Below, piece after piece: positions 8,259 to 11,305 of a DNA stretch of 11,305 nucleotides (position 1 is the stretch's first letter; every line of letters begins with the position of its first letter). Origin of the DNA: Promethearchaeota archaeon (GTDB lineage Archaea; Asgardarchaeota; Lokiarchaeia; Sigyniarchaeales; SOKP01); assembly GCA_048938445.1 (NCBI GenBank), contig JBHLME010000140.1, forward strand, positions 1-11,305, written 5' to 3'. The notes under the pieces were generated by a model that saw only the letters and a program-made list of their open reading frames with translations, searched no databases and had not been told where the DNA came from. Position numbers and translations under genes: made by a program.

Positions 8259-9098
8259 TTATAAATAATTTTCTAAAACATTAAAATCAGTCAATTTAAA
8301 TGGTTTTAAAAAGAAGCCATCAGCCCCAGTGTCGCTAATCTTATTTTTTACTTCATTTGGCGATACTGCCGTAATATAATAAACAGGAGTTTTAATTAAT
8401 TCTTTTCTCGTTTTTATAACCTTACATATTTCATATCCACTAATATCCGGTAAGATGATATCTAATAAAATTATTTTTGGAGTTGTTTTTTCTAATAGTT
8501 CAAGAGCTTCCTTTCCCGTTGTAGCTTTTTCGCATTTATATCCCTTGGTCTCTAAAATGTCAGTTAATAGTTGTATGGTGTACTCATCATCATCTACAAT
8601 TAAAATATCATACTGGTCTTTTCGATAAAGTTGTTTAAAATCCATGCTGTTTATTCTTTCTTCAAGATCTACACTTTTTTCGAATATACTTCTAATTTTT
8701 AATAAAACATCCCAACTTAATTCATGTTTATAATCCTGCATTAAAAGTTCAGAAAATCCTTTAATAGTTGTCAACGGTTCTTTTAAATTAAATGTAATAT
8801 TTGACAAGTTCTCAAATTGAGGTAATTTCTTTTTAAAATCCATATAAAAATTAACACTCTCTCTAATTAATTTTGATAATGTAATGATATTGTTTTCCCT
8901 CGCAAAATCTTGCCACTCATTTTTATCCTTTTCATCTATCAAAATACTAATTCTTTCTCTTTTATCAACGTAGACCTTTTCTCCTTTCTTCCATTTTTTA
9001 AATCCTTCTGTAATATTACCATGCCATATCGCTTTCTTTCCAGTCTCTTTCTCATATTTTTCCATCAATTCTGTTCTTGCATTTTCTTCAGAAATCAT
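8259..9098 (-). CDS. Response regulator with RHH-like domain, His-less HisKA-like segment and C-terminal receiver domain
   Basis: Receiver motifs intact: ILIVDDD, LLDIILPDISG, YITA, FLKPF. HisKA-like ITFNLKEPLTTIKGFSELL. RHH-like RISILIDEKDKNEWQDFARENNIITLSKLIRESVNFY. The ORF track starts at TTG 9107; the in-frame ATG at 9098, preceded by GGTG, is preferred. Confidence 0.9.
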   Translation of the reverse strand: MISEENARTELMEKYEKETGKKAIWHGNITEGFKKWKKGEKVYVDKRERISILIDEKDKNEWQDFARENNIITLSKLIRESVNFYMDFKKKLPQFENLSNITFNLKEPLTTIKGFSELLMQDYKHELSWDVLLKIRSIFEKSVDLEERINSMDFKQLYRKDQYDILIVDDDEYTIQLLTDILETKGYKCEKATTGKEALELLEKTTPKIILLDIILPDISGYEICKVIKTRKELIKTPVYYITAVSPNEVKNKISDTGADGFFLKPFKLTDFNVLENYL

Positions 9099-9174
9099 CA
9101 ACACCAAATGAATTTATTTAGGAGATAATAAATAATAACTAAACTAATAATAGACTGATCTAATAAAAATGTAT

Positions 9175-9204
9175 TGAGGGTTATCTAAAAATAGATAACC
9201 CTCA
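9175..9204. repeat. Perfect inverted repeat, 13-bp arms and 4-nt spacer (operator or hairpin)
   Basis: TGAGGGTTATCTA-AAAA-TAGATAACCCTCA, between the MCP stop codon and the regulator start. Confidence 0.9.
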
Positions 9205-9278
9205 GAGGCTAAATAATATTACATACTGGGAATTATCTTTATAATAATTATTATTTTTTTTTTTAATCGTAAAATTTT

Positions 9279-9286
9279 AAAAAAAA
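9279..9286 (-). terminator. Oligo-T tract directly after the MCP stop codon (archaeal-type terminator candidate)
   Basis: Minus strand reads TAA then T8. A T-tract occupies the same position after the paralogous MCP. Confidence 0.45.
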
Positions 9287-10843
9287 TTATTTAAATCTTG
9301 AAATTCTTGAAGTTTTAAAATTTGAACCACCATTATTCTTTAGGTTTCTTTGACTCTGAGTTAATTTTTGCTTTAATTCTTCAGCTACTGCACCAAGTTT
9401 ATTTGCTGTTGCACTGACTTCTTCCATCGAACTGGTTTGCTCTTCGGTTGATGAGCTTATACCTTCCATTCCAGCAGTGGTTGCTTCAATTTTATCAATT
9501 ATTTCGATGATTTTACTGCCCGTGCTTTTTACTGAATTTTTTGATTCTTCTGCTAACTTTCGAACTTCTTCTGCCACTACCGAAAAACCTCTTCCGTGCT
9601 CACCTGCTCTACCAGCTTCAATGCTTGCATTTAAAGCCAATAAATTCGTTTGCTCTGATATGTTCGTGATGATGTCCATGATTTCCTTGATATCTCCTGC
9701 TGAAGCCATTACTTCCTGGCTATCCTGTGAAATATCTTGAGCGGTCACGGCAATTTCTTCGGAGGCCGCATTCACTTCACTCGCACTGGCCGCTAACTCT
9801 GTTGCCATGCTTGCAACGTCAATACTTGTCTTCGTGCTAACCTTAATGATTCTATCCATGCTATCAGTAACTCGCTTAATGCTAGTAACCGTTGGAACTG
9901 CGACGATTATTCCAAGCGCGATGCTTGCTATCAAGACAACTAAAATAATTCCAAATGATGTTATCGCGATTATATTTGCAGCATTGACAGCTTGGGTTGT
10001 ATTTGCTGCTACATATGTTTCTACACTTGATAATTCCGTGTGGAGTTCTTCCTCATTAGACTCAATTACCATATCTAAGCTATGGCGTCGATCATGCAAG
10101 TCAAAAATACCCGTGCCGATAGCTGTTATCAATGGTTGGAAGTTAGTATCATGCCAAGAGTCTAAAGCCACTACTATTTCAGTTGCATTTGCGTCAGGGT
10201 CCGTGTTTAAATTAGTGATTAGAGCGTCAAAGTTCACTAAATAAGTAGTAAAATCAGCACGAAGCGCACTTCTCTCTTCATTTGAATCAGATCGAAGATA
10301 TTCCTCGACTAAAAATATTTGTTCCATCAGTTCCGCTTTTAATAATGAAGCATTTGCTCTTGGATACATCGAATCTTGATAATTGATTAACAATGTAATG
10401 TTAACTTCTTGTGTCTCGTGTTCCTCAATGATTTGATGTAAACTAGCATTAATCATGTCCAAGGTATTGAAAGCACCTGAACTATTAGTAATTGTATTAT
10501 AGACAATTTGAGCATGATTCAGAATTTCATCGATTTCAAACTGTTTTTCTGGGAGCATTAATTCGATGTTACTCAAGTGACTTGAAAAATCGGAAAAGGC
10601 CGAATTAAGTTCATTTTTTGTACCTTCTACTTCTCCAACGATATACTTATGATATAATAACATCATATTTTCCATATCCGTGATTGCTTCCATTGTATTA
10701 TCCGCAACAACCATTTCATGGGAAGTAATTTCAGTAAGAGAGACATTTAGAGAATTTACTTGCATGAGGCCTACGATGCCTATTATGGCAGCAATGATCA
10801 TCAAGAAACCAAACCCTATACTCATTCGTTTACCAATATTCAT
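9287..10843 (-). CDS. Methyl-accepting chemotaxis protein (2 TM, about 260-aa helical extracellular sensor, short signalling domain)
   Basis: Hairpin-tip motif [40 protein letters not shown]. Hydrophobic TM1 (about aa 8-27) and TM2 (about aa 292-316). Methylation-consensus-like [10 protein letters not shown] and [10 protein letters not shown]. Confidence 0.95.
   Translation of the reverse strand: MNIGKRMSIGFGFLMIIAAIIGIVGLMQVNSLNVSLTEITSHEMVVADNTMEAITDMENMMLLYHKYIVGEVEGTKNELNSAFSDFSSHLSNIELMLPEKQFEIDEILNHAQIVYNTITNSSGAFNTLDMINASLHQIIEEHETQEVNITLLINYQDSMYPRANASLLKAELMEQIFLVEEYLRSDSNEERSALRADFTTYLVNFDALITNLNTDPDANATEIVVALDSWHDTNFQPLITAIGTGIFDLHDRRHSLDMVIESNEEELHTELSSVETYVAANTTQAVNAANIIAITSFGIILVVLIASIALGIIVAVPTVTSIKRVTDSMDRIIKVSTKTSIDVASMATELAASASEVNAASEEIAVTAQDISQDSQEVMASAGDIKEIMDIITNISEQTNLLALNASIEAGRAGEHGRGFSVVAEEVRKLAEESKNSVKSTGSKIIEIIDKIEATTAGMEGISSSTEEQTSSMEEVSATANKLGAVAEELKQKLTQSQRNLKNNGGSNFKTSRISRFK
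9335..9436 (-). repeat. Paralogous coding repeat, copy 1 (copy 2 at 11204..11305)
   Basis: 90 of 102 nt identical by hand alignment; both copies encode the same 34 aa. Confidence 0.9.
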
Positions 10844-10853
10844 ATTATTTATA

Positions 10854-10858
10854 ACCTC
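10854..10858 (-). promoter_or_regulatory. Shine-Dalgarno-like site of the MCP gene
   Basis: GAGGT on the minus strand, 10 nt upstream of the ATG at 10843. Confidence 0.45.
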
Positions 10859-11145
10859 AAATTATAATTTATTTATTATTAAATTATGGCTTTTTATCAT
10901 TTTTTATGATAATGAATGCCATTTTATTACAAAGAAATAATAAAATATTTTTTATTTAAATGTTTTCATTAACATTATCTTTCGATTAATCTCATTTTAT
11001 TAATACAAATTAATGTTATAAGACAAATTTTACTAAAAAATTTAATTTCTTATTAAAAATTCCCTACTACCCAAATTCTTAATCTATGTTGAGAACTATT
11101 TAAATCGATTTTTAAAAAAGAGATTAATATTTACCACTATTTAAT

Positions 11146-11164
11146 AAAAAGAAAAAAAAAAGAA
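11146..11164 (-). terminator. Oligo-T tract after the second MCP stop codon
   Basis: Minus strand reads TAA-TTC-T10-C-T5. Confidence 0.45.
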
Positions 11165-11305
11165 TTATTTATATCTTGAAAAAACAGGTTTAGAACTACT
11201 TTTATTTTTCAAGTTTCTTTGACTTTGAGTTAATTTTTGCTTCAATTCTTCGGCAACAGCACCTAGTTTATTCGCAGTCGCACTGACTTCTTCCATCGAA
11301 CTGGT
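11165..11305 (-). CDS. 3' end (46 aa) of a second, tandem methyl-accepting chemotaxis protein; continues beyond the window
   Basis: Manual translation: [46 protein letters not shown]. The first 34 aa are identical to aa 470-503 of the 518-aa MCP. Confidence 0.9.
   Translation of the reverse strand, partial: TSSMEEVSATANKLGAVAEELKQKLTQSQRNLKNKSSSKPVFSRYK

Noticed and set aside
9437-10300. Visibly higher GC in the MCP gene, suggesting horizontal transfer
   Set aside because: Plausibly explained by Ala/Ser/Thr-rich composition. No mobile-element features, and a similar paralogue is adjacent.
8910-10940. Plus-strand ORFs 8910-9128, 9477-9740, 9807-10244 and 10680-10940
   Set aside because: Antisense to the regulator and the MCP; typical shadow ORFs.
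1-11305. CRISPR array, tRNA/rRNA, transposase, or diversity-generating retroelement TR/VR pair
   Set aside because: No spaced identical repeats, RNA gene motifs, transposase or reverse transcriptase seen. The MCP repeat pair differs only at synonymous sites in two coding copies, unlike DGR mutagenesis.

Overview
AT-rich window devoted to signal transduction. In order: a 94-aa Lys-rich hypothetical protein; a giant soluble histidine kinase (1974 aa, about 11 PAS + 2 GAF + HisKA + HATPase); a second soluble kinase (456 aa, Cys-PAS + basic/coiled linker + HisKA + HATPase); a convergently transcribed response regulator; a membrane chemoreceptor (MCP) with a very short, HAMP-less signalling domain; and the 3' end of a tandem MCP paralogue cut by the window edge, which the ORF track missed. 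The kinase signature FGKIERYG, the oligo-T tracts after stop codons and the N-glycosylation sequons suggest an archaeon, probably Asgard/Lokiarchaeia (inference, not tested). The most striking element is the regulator: small unknown N-terminal motif + ribbon-helix-helix-like DNA-binding domain + His-less pseudo-DHp + intact receiver. It has a perfect 13-bp-arm palindrome upstream, and an ATTATCTT motif recurs in the intergenic DNA. The small upstream protein also resembles the linker of the second kinase. All domain calls are by-eye motif recognition.
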